Source: an uncultured Gammaproteobacteria bacterium
GTDB taxonomy: Bacteria; Patescibacteriota; Microgenomatia; UBA12405
DNA: 64,000 nt
Assembly (NCBI GenBank): GCA_964544275.1
Contig: CAZIZX010000004.1
Coordinates: 20,251 to 84,250 of the forward strand
Direction of reading: 5' to 3'
Below, piece after piece: positions 19,310-30,017 of this stretch (positions within the stretch are counted from its first letter, which is position 1; every line of letters begins with the position of its first letter). The notes under the pieces were generated by a model. That model saw only the letters and a list, made by a program, of their open reading frames with translations. It searched no databases and was not told the DNA's origin. The translations under genes were made by a program, and so were the position numbers.

Positions 19310-19624
19310 ATGAAATACGCAGTTATAGCTATCTCTGGTACCCAGTACCAAGTTGAAGAAAATCAGACAATTACAATTGATAAGCTTGATCTCAAAGAAG
19401 GCGACACGGGCTCTACTGATCAGGTCTTGCTTCATGTTGACAATGATAAAGTTGAAGTCGGCAAACCCACCATCAAAGGTGCCTCTGTAAATTTTAAAAT
19501 TCTAAAAAACTACCAGGGTAACAAACTTCGTGTTTTCAAATATAAAGCCAAATCTCGTTACCGCCGGACCCAGGGTTTTCGAGCCCAACTTTCCGATATC
19601 CAAATTACTCAAATCAACAAATAA
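19310..19624 (+). CDS. rplU: 50S ribosomal protein L21
   Basis: 'MKYAVIAISGTQYQVEENQ' and a KKRKR-rich middle are typical of L21. Confidence 0.9.
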   Translation: MKYAVIAISGTQYQVEENQTITIDKLDLKEGDTGSTDQVLLHVDNDKVEVGKPTIKGASVNFKILKNYQGNKLRVFKYKAKSRYRRTQGFRAQLSDIQITQINK

Positions 19625-19627
19625 ACC

Positions 19628-19879
19628 ATGGCACACACAAAAGCGCAAGGTAAAACTAACCAAAAAAGCAATCGACCCGGTCAAAGACGGGGAGTCAAGA
19701 TTTTCGGCGATCAAAAAATTGCTGTTGGTCAAATAATTGTTCGCCAAGTTGGATCAAAATTCCACTCCGGCCAGGGTACCAAAGTTGGCAAAGATTTTAC
19801 CATCTACGCCACCAGGCCCGGCAAAGTCAAATTCTCAAAAAAATTAGGCAAAAAAGTCATTTCCGTCATCAGCGCCTAA
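19628..19879 (+). CDS. rpmA: 50S ribosomal protein L27
   Basis: 'MAHTKAQGKTNQKSNRPGQRRGVKIFGDQ' is a classic L27 N-terminus. Confidence 0.9.
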   Translation: MAHTKAQGKTNQKSNRPGQRRGVKIFGDQKIAVGQIIVRQVGSKFHSGQGTKVGKDFTIYATRPGKVKFSKKLGKKVISVISA

Positions 19880-19945
19880 GTTTGACCTAGTCTGCACCAT
19901 TTTTTCTTACTTTTTTCACGGGTATTTTCATAGTAATCTATTACT

Positions 19946-20794
19946 ATGAAAGGCGCTGCCCAACTTGCTACCAACCAACTCGAACCCAACCCCTTGCAAC
20001 CTCGTGGAGTTATTAGTCCGGAATCTCTGTCTGAACTCATCGAATCTATTAGGGAACATGGAATTTTAGAACCCTTAATCGTTGCCAAAACTCCCGCTGG
20101 ATACCAAATAATCGCTGGCGAACGTCGTTGGCGCGCAGCCAGATTCCTGAAGCTTGAATATGTCCCCGCCATTGTCAAAGAAACCTCTCCTCAGCAAATG
20201 CTGGAGATGGCCATTGTCGAAAACGTTCAAAGAAAAGACTTGAATCCAATAGAAAGAGCCAAGGCTTTTCTCCGCCTCAAAGATGAATTTGGCCTAGATA
20301 ATCCCCAGATAGCCAAAAAGATCAGCAAAAGCACCCCTTATGTTATCAATGTACTCAAGCTATTATCCCTCCCTGACGCTCTAAAAGACGGACTTTTGTC
20401 TGGTTTGATCACCGAAGGTCACGCCCGAGCTCTTTCAGGAATAGGGGACACTCGGCTCACCATCGAAGCTTACAAGATCGTCCTCAGAGAAAAAGCATCA
20501 GTCAGAAGAGCAGAAGAAATCGCCCGACGCATGAAGAAAAAAATTGAAGAAGGCACTGTTCCTATTACCAAAGAAAACCTTCCTCAATTCCTCAGATCCA
20601 AACTCGACAATCTCAGCACTGATCTTCAGTCAGTTTTTAAAGATAACACTACTGCGGTAAAAATTACTCAAACTAATGTTTTTACCCGAATTACCTTCCA
20701 ATTCAAAGGACCCGTAGATCAAAGGTATCAGAACATCAATACTCTGTACAAACAACTTTGCCAAAAAGAACTCAAATCGGAAGTGGAAAGTTAA
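19946..20794 (+). CDS. parB: Chromosome partitioning protein ParB/Spo0J
   Basis: ParB box 'GILEPLIVAK...YQIIAGERRWRAA' and an HTH region. Confidence 0.85.
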   Translation: MKGAAQLATNQLEPNPLQPRGVISPESLSELIESIREHGILEPLIVAKTPAGYQIIAGERRWRAARFLKLEYVPAIVKETSPQQMLEMAIVENVQRKDLNPIERAKAFLRLKDEFGLDNPQIAKKISKSTPYVINVLKLLSLPDALKDGLLSGLITEGHARALSGIGDTRLTIEAYKIVLREKASVRRAEEIARRMKKKIEEGTVPITKENLPQFLRSKLDNLSTDLQSVFKDNTTAVKITQTNVFTRITFQFKGPVDQRYQNINTLYKQLCQKELKSEVES

Positions 20795-20800
20795 ACCTAC

Positions 20801-21421
20801 TTAATAACTTACTTTGGGCACCATCCCCACTCGACTGACTGGCCAATATTTAAAAAAAGCTTTACCCACTATTAATTCCTTCTTAATTGGACCAAACTCC
20901 CTTCCATCTCTCGAGTGGGATCTGTTGTCCCCCAAACAAAGATAATATCCGGACGGAACTTCCTTCTCAACCCCCTCCACGGCAAACGCACCGGATTCAG
21001 TATAAAACTCACTCGGCAAATAGGTTTCTTCCAGTATCTTTCCATTCAGATATACACTTCCTTCCTTCACCATTACTCTGTCTCCAGGAATTGCAATAAT
21101 TCTTTTTATGTACTCACATTCATCTTCGGCACAAGGTTCGCTTGGAGGGGCTTTAAACACTACCACGTCACCCTTTTGAGGCTCGCCAAAACGATAAGAC
21201 AATTTATCCGTAAGCAGGTATTCCCCATCCTGAAAATTAGGCAGCATTGAACTACCCTTCACTTCATTTGGTTGAACTATAAATAAATATAACAACACAA
21301 AGACCGATAAGGCTAGCACTATTGATTGGGCAAACTCTAGTATCAACCCGCCAAAAGAAGCACCTTTTTGCAATTCAAATTTTATTTTCATAACCTCTAG
21401 TTTATTACTTCCGAAAGCCAA
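20801..21421 (-). CDS. lepB: Signal peptidase I (S26)
   Basis: 'GSSMLPNF' (catalytic Ser), 'YIKRIIAIPGD' and 'GDNRSHSRDGREFG' boxes. Confidence 0.85.
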   Translation of the reverse strand: MAFGSNKLEVMKIKFELQKGASFGGLILEFAQSIVLALSVFVLLYLFIVQPNEVKGSSMLPNFQDGEYLLTDKLSYRFGEPQKGDVVVFKAPPSEPCAEDECEYIKRIIAIPGDRVMVKEGSVYLNGKILEETYLPSEFYTESGAFAVEGVEKEVPSGYYLCLGDNRSHSRDGREFGPIKKELIVGKAFFKYWPVSRVGMVPKVSY

Positions 21422-21467
21422 CTACAACCGCTAAAATTCTCACTTATATTGATATAATTGCCTTAAA

Positions 21468-21541
21468 GGTTGTTTAGCTCAGTTGGTTAGAGCGCATCGT
21501 TCACATCGATGAGGTCATAGGTTCGAATCCTATAACAACCA
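21468..21541 (+). tRNA. tRNA-Val(CAC)
   Basis: Manually folded cloverleaf: acceptor GGTTGTT/AACAACC, anticodon loop TTCACAT, T-loop TTCGAAT. CCA is not encoded. Confidence 0.85.
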
Positions 21542-22915
21542 CTACACATTACAATAAATGTCTGCCGGTTCGATCCACTCTCTCCCATCCTGCTTAATTA
21601 GTTTATCGGCTTCTTTGGGACCCCAGCTACCACTTTTATAAGAATTTACTGCCACTTTTTCCGACTCCAATGCGTCAATAAATTTCCACTGCGCCTCTAC
21701 TTCGGCCGCATCGTTAAAAAACGTTTGGTCTTCATTTAACGCGTCAAATATTAGTTTCTCGTATGGGTTTATCAAATTATTAGATAAACTTTTATAACAA
21801 AATTGCATCAGACCTTCATCCAAAGCCAGCCCCATTCCCGGTTTCTTTACTAGCAACTTCAACACTATTCCTTCGTTCGGCTGGATCCGAAAAACCAACA
21901 CATTTTTCTTTTTACCTTCATTTTTGAACACGATATTAATCTCAGCCGCGTTTTTAGCTAATTTTTTTCCAGCCCTTATATAAACAGGAACCTCCTTAAA
22001 CCGCCCATGCGACAAAATTGTTTTTAGAGCAAAAAAGGTGTTCGTCTTTTTATCTCCCTCGTCAGTATAACCTTCATATTGTCCCAAGACCAACTTATCG
22101 GCCAAAGGCACCAAAGATTTCAACACCTCAAGCCGACGCAAAGTTATTCTCTGATTGTCAAAACTCCCAGGCTCACCCATGGTAGCAAACACCAGCATCT
22201 GCAACAAATGATTTTGGCCAACATCTTTCAACGCTCCAACTTTATCATAATAACTGTTTCTGGCCTCTGCTCCAAAAGTTTCCGAAGCCATTATCTGGAT
22301 ATGATCAATATACTCACTACTCATAACCGGCTCAAATATTTTATTACCAAAACGAAACGCCATAATGTTCTGAATAGTTTCCTTAGCCAAATAATGATCA
22401 ATCCGAAATATTTGATCTTCTGAATAATACCTAGCCATCAATTCATTTAATTTTCTGGCTGTTTTCAAATCCTCACCAATCGGCTTCTCCACCATTAATT
22501 TGATTTTGTTGCCATCTTTATTATCCAATCCCGACTCGTGTATATTCCCCAAAATCGCTTCATACAGATTCGGATGTGTCGCCAGATAAAATATTTTGTT
22601 TTTACAAGGACCCTTTTTATCAACAATCTCCTTCAACTCACCATAAAGACTCCTCTCTGACACATCACCACTGGCAAATTCAAACTTGTCAATAAATCCT
22701 TTAGTCAACTCACCGGAAACGTCCTTATATTTTCCCCTAATTGCTTCTCTTATAAACTGCTTATATTCACCAAGGCTTCTTTCTCTGTGCGACAATCCAA
22801 TCACCTCAACGTCTTTTACTAATCCCTTACTGTATAACCCAAACAACGCTGGAATCAATTTTATCTTCGCCAAATTGCTGGTAATTCCAAACACCACTAT
22901 CAAAAAGTTTTTCAT
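21542..22915 (-). CDS. zwf: Glucose-6-phosphate 1-dehydrogenase
   Basis: N-terminal NADP-binding 'VVFGITSNLAKIKLIPAL' and the G6PD signature 'RIDHYLAKE'. Confidence 0.9.
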   Translation of the reverse strand: MKNFLIVVFGITSNLAKIKLIPALFGLYSKGLVKDVEVIGLSHRERSLGEYKQFIREAIRGKYKDVSGELTKGFIDKFEFASGDVSERSLYGELKEIVDKKGPCKNKIFYLATHPNLYEAILGNIHESGLDNKDGNKIKLMVEKPIGEDLKTARKLNELMARYYSEDQIFRIDHYLAKETIQNIMAFRFGNKIFEPVMSSEYIDHIQIMASETFGAEARNSYYDKVGALKDVGQNHLLQMLVFATMGEPGSFDNQRITLRRLEVLKSLVPLADKLVLGQYEGYTDEGDKKTNTFFALKTILSHGRFKEVPVYIRAGKKLAKNAAEINIVFKNEGKKKNVLVFRIQPNEGIVLKLLVKKPGMGLALDEGLMQFCYKSLSNNLINPYEKLIFDALNEDQTFFNDAAEVEAQWKFIDALESEKVAVNSYKSGSWGPKEADKLIKQDGREWIEPADIYCNV

Positions 22916-22921
22916 TACAGA

Positions 22922-23329
22922 TTATTTATAAGCCTCAACCCTTCCGATTACAACCGCTTTTGTTTTTGTCACCCCATCTTCAACGTCCACTATCTGCCGC
23001 CGCCTAAATCTACCCCATAGATCAGACAAACCATCTTCATGAACACAATCTAATTTCATTACTAAAAAAAGTTTTTCCCCAAGCCTTCTTTCTTGACCAA
23101 ACACACTAATTTCAATAGCTCCATCTCCCTTTTCTTTCAAATCTGCTTCTCCGGGTAAATACTCCGGATGCCTTTCCAAAATCGCCCCAAAAGACAACTG
23201 GTCCAAATTATCTCTGCTTCTTTCCAATATCATTGCCGGAGTCGAACTAGTCGCTGCATCAAACTTTCCATATACTTCCCAAAGTCCTCTCATTAATGAC
23301 TTTTCCATTTCTACAGTTATTCTAATCAC
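22922..23329 (-). CDS. Hypothetical protein (135 aa), upstream of zwf in the same orientation
   Basis: Open frame with a protein-like composition, 7 nt from the zwf start. No motif recognised. Confidence 0.3.
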   Translation of the reverse strand: MIRITVEMEKSLMRGLWEVYGKFDAATSSTPAMILERSRDNLDQLSFGAILERHPEYLPGEADLKEKGDGAIEISVFGQERRLGEKLFLVMKLDCVHEDGLSDLWGRFRRRQIVDVEDGVTKTKAVVIGRVEAYK

Positions 23330-23465
23330 AATAAAACTTTTATTACAGGACTAGATTAAACTTGACCATAATTGAACATTAAAGTTATTAATTGTTATAT
23401 TTTATTAACTATAAGATTCATCTTACAAAGTAACATTTATGCCAAATTTTATGTAAAATTTAAAT

Positions 23466-24155
23466 ATGAAATCGGTTGTCTATTTCTTTTTTACCTTATT
23501 CTTGTTTGTAACCACCAGCCTCCTTTTAACCCAAAATTATTGGCCTCAAATGTTTTCTGTCCAAGACCCAATCGATCCCGACAATTTAATCGAAAAGTTC
23601 AGTACTTCCACCACTGGAATATTTGACAACAAACAGGTACCTGTTCCTAAGTATTCATACAGCAACCCACTCATCCTGGGTGATCAATCCGATGACCATG
23701 TCCAAAAAAGAATTGAGGTCGACCTGACTACTCAACGTTTATACGCCTACGAAAACGACGCCTTGATATTTAACTTCATTGTTTCTACTGGCAAATGGGA
23801 CCGAACTCCTACCGGCACATACAAAATATGGACCAAAATACGATCCCAAAAAATGTCCGGTGGCTCAAAAGAATTAGGAACCTATTATTATTTACCCAAC
23901 GTTCCTTTTATTCTATTTTTTTATAACGAAAAAGTTCCCAAATCTGTAGGTTATAGCATTCACGGTACTTATTGGCACAATAATTTTGGTGTTCCCATGT
24001 CCCACGGCTGTGTCAACATGAAAACAACCGAAGTTGAACAAATTTTCAACTGGGCTGACCATAATACGCCCATTACAATTTACGGTAAATACGAAACCAA
24101 ACTTCCCGACGCCAACCTCAACCCTAAATATTCTACTCTAATTTCTAAAATCTAA
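23466..24155 (+). CDS. L,D-transpeptidase (YkuD domain), membrane-anchored
   Basis: N-terminal TM helix. Catalytic 'HGTYWHNNFGVPMSHGCVNM' (His...SHGC). Confidence 0.8.
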   Translation: MKSVVYFFFTLFLFVTTSLLLTQNYWPQMFSVQDPIDPDNLIEKFSTSTTGIFDNKQVPVPKYSYSNPLILGDQSDDHVQKRIEVDLTTQRLYAYENDALIFNFIVSTGKWDRTPTGTYKIWTKIRSQKMSGGSKELGTYYYLPNVPFILFFYNEKVPKSVGYSIHGTYWHNNFGVPMSHGCVNMKTTEVEQIFNWADHNTPITIYGKYETKLPDANLNPKYSTLISKI

Positions 24156-26562
24156 CTTCATCAAGCAACTTATCCATCACCAAAGATGTCGCATATAACT
24201 TCGCCCAATCGCCCTTTTTCTGCTCAGCTTTGGCCAACTCTTTAAGCTCTTGATAATATTGATAACTCAAAGACTGAAACTTATTTGGCGATGTACATTT
24301 CTTCTTTTTTAATAATGGCAACCTATCTATCACTTCTTCCCTGATTGTAACTTTGCGATACAAAACCTTGGCTTTATTGCCATTCACCTTTTTCTGTTGC
24401 GTCTCAATTAGTTGCACCAAGTTGTTAATTATTCTACCACTCACCAAAGTTTCGTTTTTACTTTTTCTAAAGTTAAATACTCCTGTCAACACCTTTTCCC
24501 AGTCCTTTTTGTTCAATCCTGATACAGCCAGCTTCAATCCCGAATTACCCTTAAAACGATCTTCCAGCAAACGTAAATCCCTCAAAATCAAGCCGTACAA
24601 AAAAGAGCCACCTTTTTGGTCAGCTCGGACCACCCCACTCTCTGAATCAATTTCGAATTTGACCTCTCTTCCACTTACGATCTCATCTTCATAATAACTC
24701 CATTTACCCTTATCAAACGTACTACCAACCACCAAATGATAAGTTCCACTTCCTGTTCCTTGCAAATTTACGCTACAATTTTTGGCTGGATTTTTAAAAA
24801 ACACAAACCCATCTTGATCTTCTTTTACCTCACCGCCACAAGTAACCTTCATTCGAGCAGGGGAACCCAAGTAAAATAACAATCCATTGTCATATCCGCC
24901 TTTTTCATAAACACCACCTCCAGAATATTCACCCAAACCCAACAAATCAAAGACCTTCCCGATAGATTCATTCACCATATCTCCATGGTTTGAAACAACC
25001 TCAACATATTCATCGGACCCGAATATTGCACTCTTTTTTAACACCGTCCCGTCACCTTGCTTAGTAGTAACGTAAGACACTGGCTTCCCGTCTTCCCAAT
25101 ATCCCAATACTTCATCAAAAACCGACCTTTTTTTTACATTTATCCACTCCAAAGTCGGAACTCCGATTGCAGTTACTGCTTCAAACTTCGGAAATATTGA
25201 ATCTACTACTGAGTTTTTAACCATCAAATAATCATTTTTATGCTTCATGTCACCATATTTACGCACCACTCCATTATTTTTTAAATAATTAAAAACCGGC
25301 AATAGGTCTTTAACCACCGAAGCATAAACTCTAACAGTGGCAACATTACTCTCAAAATTTTTCTTTTGTAATTGAAGCAATATATTCATGGCAATAGAAG
25401 AAACATCTGTTTTATCCGATACCCTGCCTCCATACCAAGATTCATAAGCCTTAACTGCTCCAAAATGCGGACTGCCTATACTAACAACCTTTCCAATGTT
25501 CTTGTCCAAATTTTCCTGATACCATGTCCGCGCGACAAGTCCGCCCAAACTATGACCAACCAAATCCAGTTTACTACCCGAATCTACATTTTGACCAACA
25601 AACTCATCAAAATTATCCACAATTTCCGAAACCGGTTTTCTCCAATCATAATTCCACACAAAAAAATCTTCACCCTTCACCAATCCTTTCTGCTCAAAAG
25701 CACTAATTAATTCAGAATAATTATTGACAAATGGAGTCATTCGCCAATCCTCGTTCGATACTACCTCATTAAAAACCATCGCCCTTTCGTTCCAACTTGC
25801 CCCCAATCCTGGGAGAACAATAATTTTTTGGTCAATCTCAGGCGTTACAGAATTTACATCTGACACTTTATAGTAAAGAAATCTATTCGTCGATATGTGA
25901 TTACCACCCCAACTTCTTAGTCCATAACCCCCACAGTCCATAAAAGATTCACTATCGTCTACATAATCAAATACCAAAACACCATCGTGGTAAATCTTAA
26001 AAGAATTGCCGACAGCTTCGATTCTAACATTTATTTCCTGACCCAAAACCAGATCACTTGAACCTATTTCAACGGGCGACGTCTCCCCTAACTTGTGGTA
26101 ATCATCTATGCTGTGATTAGCAGAAGTTGATATATATTTCCACAACCGATAGTTGTTACCATATTCTGCAGTATAACTTGGGTCATGGAAGCGAAAATCA
26201 ACCATATAGTATTTACTAAAATCATCAGAAATACGAAATATATATGACTGATCCAACCCTACAATCGCCTCAGCATTCGATTCAATTACATAATTACAGC
26301 TATCAAAACTATCTTTTACATACAAATGAGCAGAGGCATTAGAACCCACATTACTATAAAGACTACCGTCTTGTAAATACCAATAGTTTTCATCATTTCC
26401 CATTACTACTCTACTAATCCAATTGTCTTCGTAGGTATTATCGTCAAAGTCATCATAGAACAACACTGCCGCACGAGATTTTACAGGAAAAAATAATAAA
26501 AATGATAAAATAATAAAACAATAAACAACAAAATTAGACGTACGTTTAGTATTTTTCATCAC
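24145..26562 (-). CDS. Secreted 805-aa alpha/beta-hydrolase (PGAP1/lipase-like), multidomain
   Basis: Signal peptide. Nucleophile elbow 'VGHSLGGLVARTW...IGSPHFG' is typical of PGAP1-like lipases/esterases. The N-terminal lectin/jelly-roll-like region is uncharacterised. Confidence 0.6.
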   Translation of the reverse strand: MMKNTKRTSNFVVYCFIILSFLLFFPVKSRAAVLFYDDFDDNTYEDNWISRVVMGNDENYWYLQDGSLYSNVGSNASAHLYVKDSFDSCNYVIESNAEAIVGLDQSYIFRISDDFSKYYMVDFRFHDPSYTAEYGNNYRLWKYISTSANHSIDDYHKLGETSPVEIGSSDLVLGQEINVRIEAVGNSFKIYHDGVLVFDYVDDSESFMDCGGYGLRSWGGNHISTNRFLYYKVSDVNSVTPEIDQKIIVLPGLGASWNERAMVFNEVVSNEDWRMTPFVNNYSELISAFEQKGLVKGEDFFVWNYDWRKPVSEIVDNFDEFVGQNVDSGSKLDLVGHSLGGLVARTWYQENLDKNIGKVVSIGSPHFGAVKAYESWYGGRVSDKTDVSSIAMNILLQLQKKNFESNVATVRVYASVVKDLLPVFNYLKNNGVVRKYGDMKHKNDYLMVKNSVVDSIFPKFEAVTAIGVPTLEWINVKKRSVFDEVLGYWEDGKPVSYVTTKQGDGTVLKKSAIFGSDEYVEVVSNHGDMVNESIGKVFDLLGLGEYSGGGVYEKGGYDNGLLFYLGSPARMKVTCGGEVKEDQDGFVFFKNPAKNCSVNLQGTGSGTYHLVVGSTFDKGKWSYYEDEIVSGREVKFEIDSESGVVRADQKGGSFLYGLILRDLRLLEDRFKGNSGLKLAVSGLNKKDWEKVLTGVFNFRKSKNETLVSGRIINNLVQLIETQQKKVNGNKAKVLYRKVTIREEVIDRLPLLKKKKCTSPNKFQSLSYQYYQELKELAKAEQKKGDWAKLYATSLVMDKLLDEVRF

Positions 26563-26569
26563 AATAATA

Positions 26570-27445
26570 ATGGTAGATATTTCACATCATGTCAATAAGC
26601 ATGTTGGAGTAATTATCGTAAACTTTAACTCGACTACATTTCTAAATAAATTAATCCAATCACTTAGTCACATATCACAAGTCATCAACGAAATAATTAT
26701 TGTTGATAATAATTCGCAAGACATTAACAAACTAAAAACAGATAAAAACATCACTTTAATCAAAAAAACAAAAAATGTCGGGTTTGCAAAAGCGGTAAAT
26801 CAAGGCATAAAAAAATCTAAAAGCAAATTTATCCTATTAGTTAATCCAGACTGCCTCATTATTGACGATTCGATAATTGGCCTTATTAAAAAAATAAGCT
26901 CCGATAACAACATAGGAGTAATAGGTGGCAAAATACAGAACTATCACAATTCGGAATACCAACCAACGGCTAATACAAAACCAACATTTCTTACAGCTTT
27001 GTTTGAATTTACTAATCTGAAAAAAATATTTCCAAATAATACATATACAAAAAGGTTTTGGGTTAATGATAAGCAAATCACTAACGATACGGAAGTTGAT
27101 AGTCTATGCGGAGCATTTCTAATATTTAGAAAAATAATCAATAAAAGATTAAACCTTTTTGATGAAAACTACTTTCTTTACCTCGAAGATGTAGATTTTG
27201 GCTTAAAAAATAAAAAGGAGGGCTACAAGGTTGTTTACTCTCCTGACGCCACAATAAAACACCTGGGCGGCGCGAGTAATAATAGCAAATACAACACAGC
27301 GCTAAAGTATTGGTATAAATCAAGAAAGTACTTCTATACAAAACATAGCAATAAAATCGTAGCTATAATTTTATTGCTTTTATTCTCTACAGAAGAAAAC
27401 TTATTAAAAATCTACCACTTTCTTAAAAATGAACCAATTTATTAA
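26570..27445 (+). CDS. Glycosyltransferase family 2
   Basis: 'VIIVNFNS', 'IIVDNNSQD' (DxD) and 'GFAKAVNQGI' are GT2-like. Confidence 0.75.
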   Translation: MVDISHHVNKHVGVIIVNFNSTTFLNKLIQSLSHISQVINEIIIVDNNSQDINKLKTDKNITLIKKTKNVGFAKAVNQGIKKSKSKFILLVNPDCLIIDDSIIGLIKKISSDNNIGVIGGKIQNYHNSEYQPTANTKPTFLTALFEFTNLKKIFPNNTYTKRFWVNDKQITNDTEVDSLCGAFLIFRKIINKRLNLFDENYFLYLEDVDFGLKNKKEGYKVVYSPDATIKHLGGASNNSKYNTALKYWYKSRKYFYTKHSNKIVAIILLLLFSTEENLLKIYHFLKNEPIY

Positions 27446-28205
27446 CCTTACTCTCCTCCTCATCACCAAGAATGAATCAGAAAACCTAAAGAATTATTTT
27501 AGCTGGCTAGATCAGTGCCCCAGAATTAACGAAATTATCGCCGTCGACGACAATTCGGAGGACAACACTAAACAAATTCTAAAATCTTTAGGAAGCAAAA
27601 GTCGTCAAGTAAAAATTTTCAACAGAAAACTGAATGGTAATTTTTCTGCCCAACGACAATTTGCCACCTCAAAGTCCTCCAACAATTGGATCCTCTGGCT
27701 CGACGCTGACGAAAACCCAGACGATAAATTAATTACAATTCTAAATCATATTGATCTACATCAATATTTTAATTTTTCTTTCAAAAGATCGGATGTATTT
27801 CTTGGACATCTGTTAAAACACGGCGAAACATCCTCTCAAACTTTTTTAAGATTATTCAACAAAAAATATGGTCAATTCAAAGGTAAAGTCCACGAAGTGT
27901 GGTCAAGTACCAAACCAACACAAATCAGAAACGATCTGACAATTCTCCATTACTCTCATCTCAACCTAAGCGCATTTCTCCAAAAAATAAATTTCTATAC
28001 CGACATCCGAGCTCAGGAATTATTTGATAGGGGAGTACGATCAAGCCTTTTTCAAATAATTTTTTATCCTTCCGCCAAATTCATTCAAAACTATTTCTTT
28101 CGTCTCGGATTCCTTGATTCCACTCCAGGAATAATTCTAGCTCTCGGCATGAGTTTTCATTCGTTTCTAGTACGATCTAAACTATGGCACTTACAGCAAA
28201 AATAA
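27429..28205 (+). CDS. Glycosyltransferase family 2-like
   Basis: 'LLITKNESENL...IAVDDNSEDNT' is a GT2 N-terminal DxD region. Confidence 0.6.
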   Translation: MNQFINLTLLLITKNESENLKNYFSWLDQCPRINEIIAVDDNSEDNTKQILKSLGSKSRQVKIFNRKLNGNFSAQRQFATSKSSNNWILWLDADENPDDKLITILNHIDLHQYFNFSFKRSDVFLGHLLKHGETSSQTFLRLFNKKYGQFKGKVHEVWSSTKPTQIRNDLTILHYSHLNLSAFLQKINFYTDIRAQELFDRGVRSSLFQIIFYPSAKFIQNYFFRLGFLDSTPGIILALGMSFHSFLVRSKLWHLQQK

Positions 28206-29266
28206 CTCTCTATTTAACTCTACTCGTCTTCTCTTTTGGTCAATTGTTCCGACTTCACATTTTCTCAACTTCCTTTCCACTCCTCGATATCACCATACTC
28301 TCCCTCTTTATAACCAATATTATTTATCTCGAAAAATCAAATCAACTGAAGATAAAAAATAAACCAATTTTCTTTTTTCTAATATTTTCCTGGATTACCT
28401 ATTTAATAAATTGTCTAAGCAATTCATTCTTTTATTTATCCTCACTTTTTTATCTTATCCGACTTAATGTTCTGCTATCATTCTTTGTTTTTCCGATTAG
28501 CCCCAAACTTCTTGACCGTAGCTTCAACCGGTATTTCTCATTATTTTTACTTTCCTGTGTCATCTTTGGCCTCATACAATACCTTCTCTGGCCCGACTTC
28601 ACCTATTTTGATTCTCTAAACTGGGATCCACACTTATATCGTCTAGTTGGCACCTTTTTTGATCCCACCTTTACTGCTCAAATATTTCTGTCATTCCTCA
28701 TTTTTTTATTTGTTAACAATAACTATAAAATAAATTTTTCCATCGTTATAACATATCTCGCCCTAGCTCTTACCTACAGTCGCTCTGCTCTCTTAGGATT
28801 CGTCATCGCATTCTCATTCATATCTTTTAAAACTAAAAATCCCAAAACTTTCTTCGTCAGCCTAATAATCTTCTTGCTAACTCTATTGGCACTTCCCAGA
28901 ATGCCGGGAGAAGGAACTAAGCTGGAAAGAACCTCGTCCATCAAAGCCAAAATTGAGAATTATCAGGAAGCCATCAAGCTAATCCCTACGTCTCCAGTAA
29001 TTGGTATCGGCTACAATAATATCGCTCATTATCGTACCATTACCGATCCTAATTCACATGCTAATTCCGCCTTTGACTCCTCCTTGATCAACATTCTCAT
29101 CACCACCGGAATTATTGGACTGAGTCTATTTGTCATCGGTTTAACAACTTTTTTCAAGAAAGCCACTCTCGTCCAGCAAACAATCCTCGTCTCACTTTTA
29201 TTCCACTCACTTTTTGCTAATTCTCTATTTTACCCCTGGACACTACTCATCCTGTTTCTTGTCTAA
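28184..29266 (+). CDS. O-antigen ligase/polymerase-like (Wzy_C) polytopic membrane protein
   Basis: More than 10 TM helices. The loop 'LALALTYSRSALLGFVIAF' resembles the Wzy_C motif. Confidence 0.55.
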   Translation: MALTAKITLYLTLLVFSFGQLFRLHIFSTSFPLLDITILSLFITNIIYLEKSNQLKIKNKPIFFFLIFSWITYLINCLSNSFFYLSSLFYLIRLNVLLSFFVFPISPKLLDRSFNRYFSLFLLSCVIFGLIQYLLWPDFTYFDSLNWDPHLYRLVGTFFDPTFTAQIFLSFLIFLFVNNNYKINFSIVITYLALALTYSRSALLGFVIAFSFISFKTKNPKTFFVSLIIFLLTLLALPRMPGEGTKLERTSSIKAKIENYQEAIKLIPTSPVIGIGYNNIAHYRTITDPNSHANSAFDSSLINILITTGIIGLSLFVIGLTTFFKKATLVQQTILVSLLFHSLFANSLFYPWTLLILFLV

Positions 29267-29979
29267 ATGTCATACGTTATTGAAATCTGTTTCCTTGATT
29301 CGTTACCAGCCAAATCTCTTGCCACTATCTCCACATCATTCTTACCCGGATTTAACTGTAATTTAATCTTGAACTGCCCCTCATTATCTACCATTGCCAC
29401 CCGAGCGTTTACCAGGACACTCACGTCCTTTTCACACCTACCAATAACATCAAAGTCAGCATATTCCACTATCACACTATCTTCCCCAGGATTGATCATC
29501 TCAATTGACGGGGACTCATTATCATATACAACACTAAAAACCGATGAAAGATCGCTGCTTAACCCATTTTCAGCAATAGCAATAGCATTAAAATAATTAA
29601 CACCAAAATCAAGGTCAATATTTTCAAATTTAAAATCCCCCTCTCGACTAACTAATTCTTTTCCAATTGATACGTCATTTTTTAATAACTCAACACTGGT
29701 ATTTGCCTCTGCTGTCCCGCTAATCACAATTCGGGCACTGTTAGTAGCTTCAAAAGGTAATATTATTCTCGGAGCCAATGGGGGTATTCCGGTACTTTCT
29801 TCCGTCTCGTTTTTACTTTTTGACTCACCTAAAAATATTGAAAACCTGACCAGAAACGGCAATCCAAACACAATTACCATTACTACTGTCAACAACGTTA
29901 TCAAACCCAAAACAACCGTCTTTTTTGTAATTTGTTCCTCGGCTTTCCTCTCCAACCTGGAACGGTTAAATTGTGTCAT
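29263..29979 (-). CDS. Hypothetical membrane-anchored extracellular protein
   Basis: N-terminal TM helix followed by beta-rich repeats with an Ig-like feel. Convergent with the O-antigen-ligase-like gene (4-nt overlap). Confidence 0.35.
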   Translation of the reverse strand: MTQFNRSRLERKAEEQITKKTVVLGLITLLTVVMVIVFGLPFLVRFSIFLGESKSKNETEESTGIPPLAPRIILPFEATNSARIVISGTAEANTSVELLKNDVSIGKELVSREGDFKFENIDLDFGVNYFNAIAIAENGLSSDLSSVFSVVYDNESPSIEMINPGEDSVIVEYADFDVIGRCEKDVSVLVNARVAMVDNEGQFKIKLQLNPGKNDVEIVARDLAGNESRKQISITYDI

Positions 29980-30017
29980 ATTACTTGTTTGTATATTCTA
30001 TTCTACTACACCCTAAG

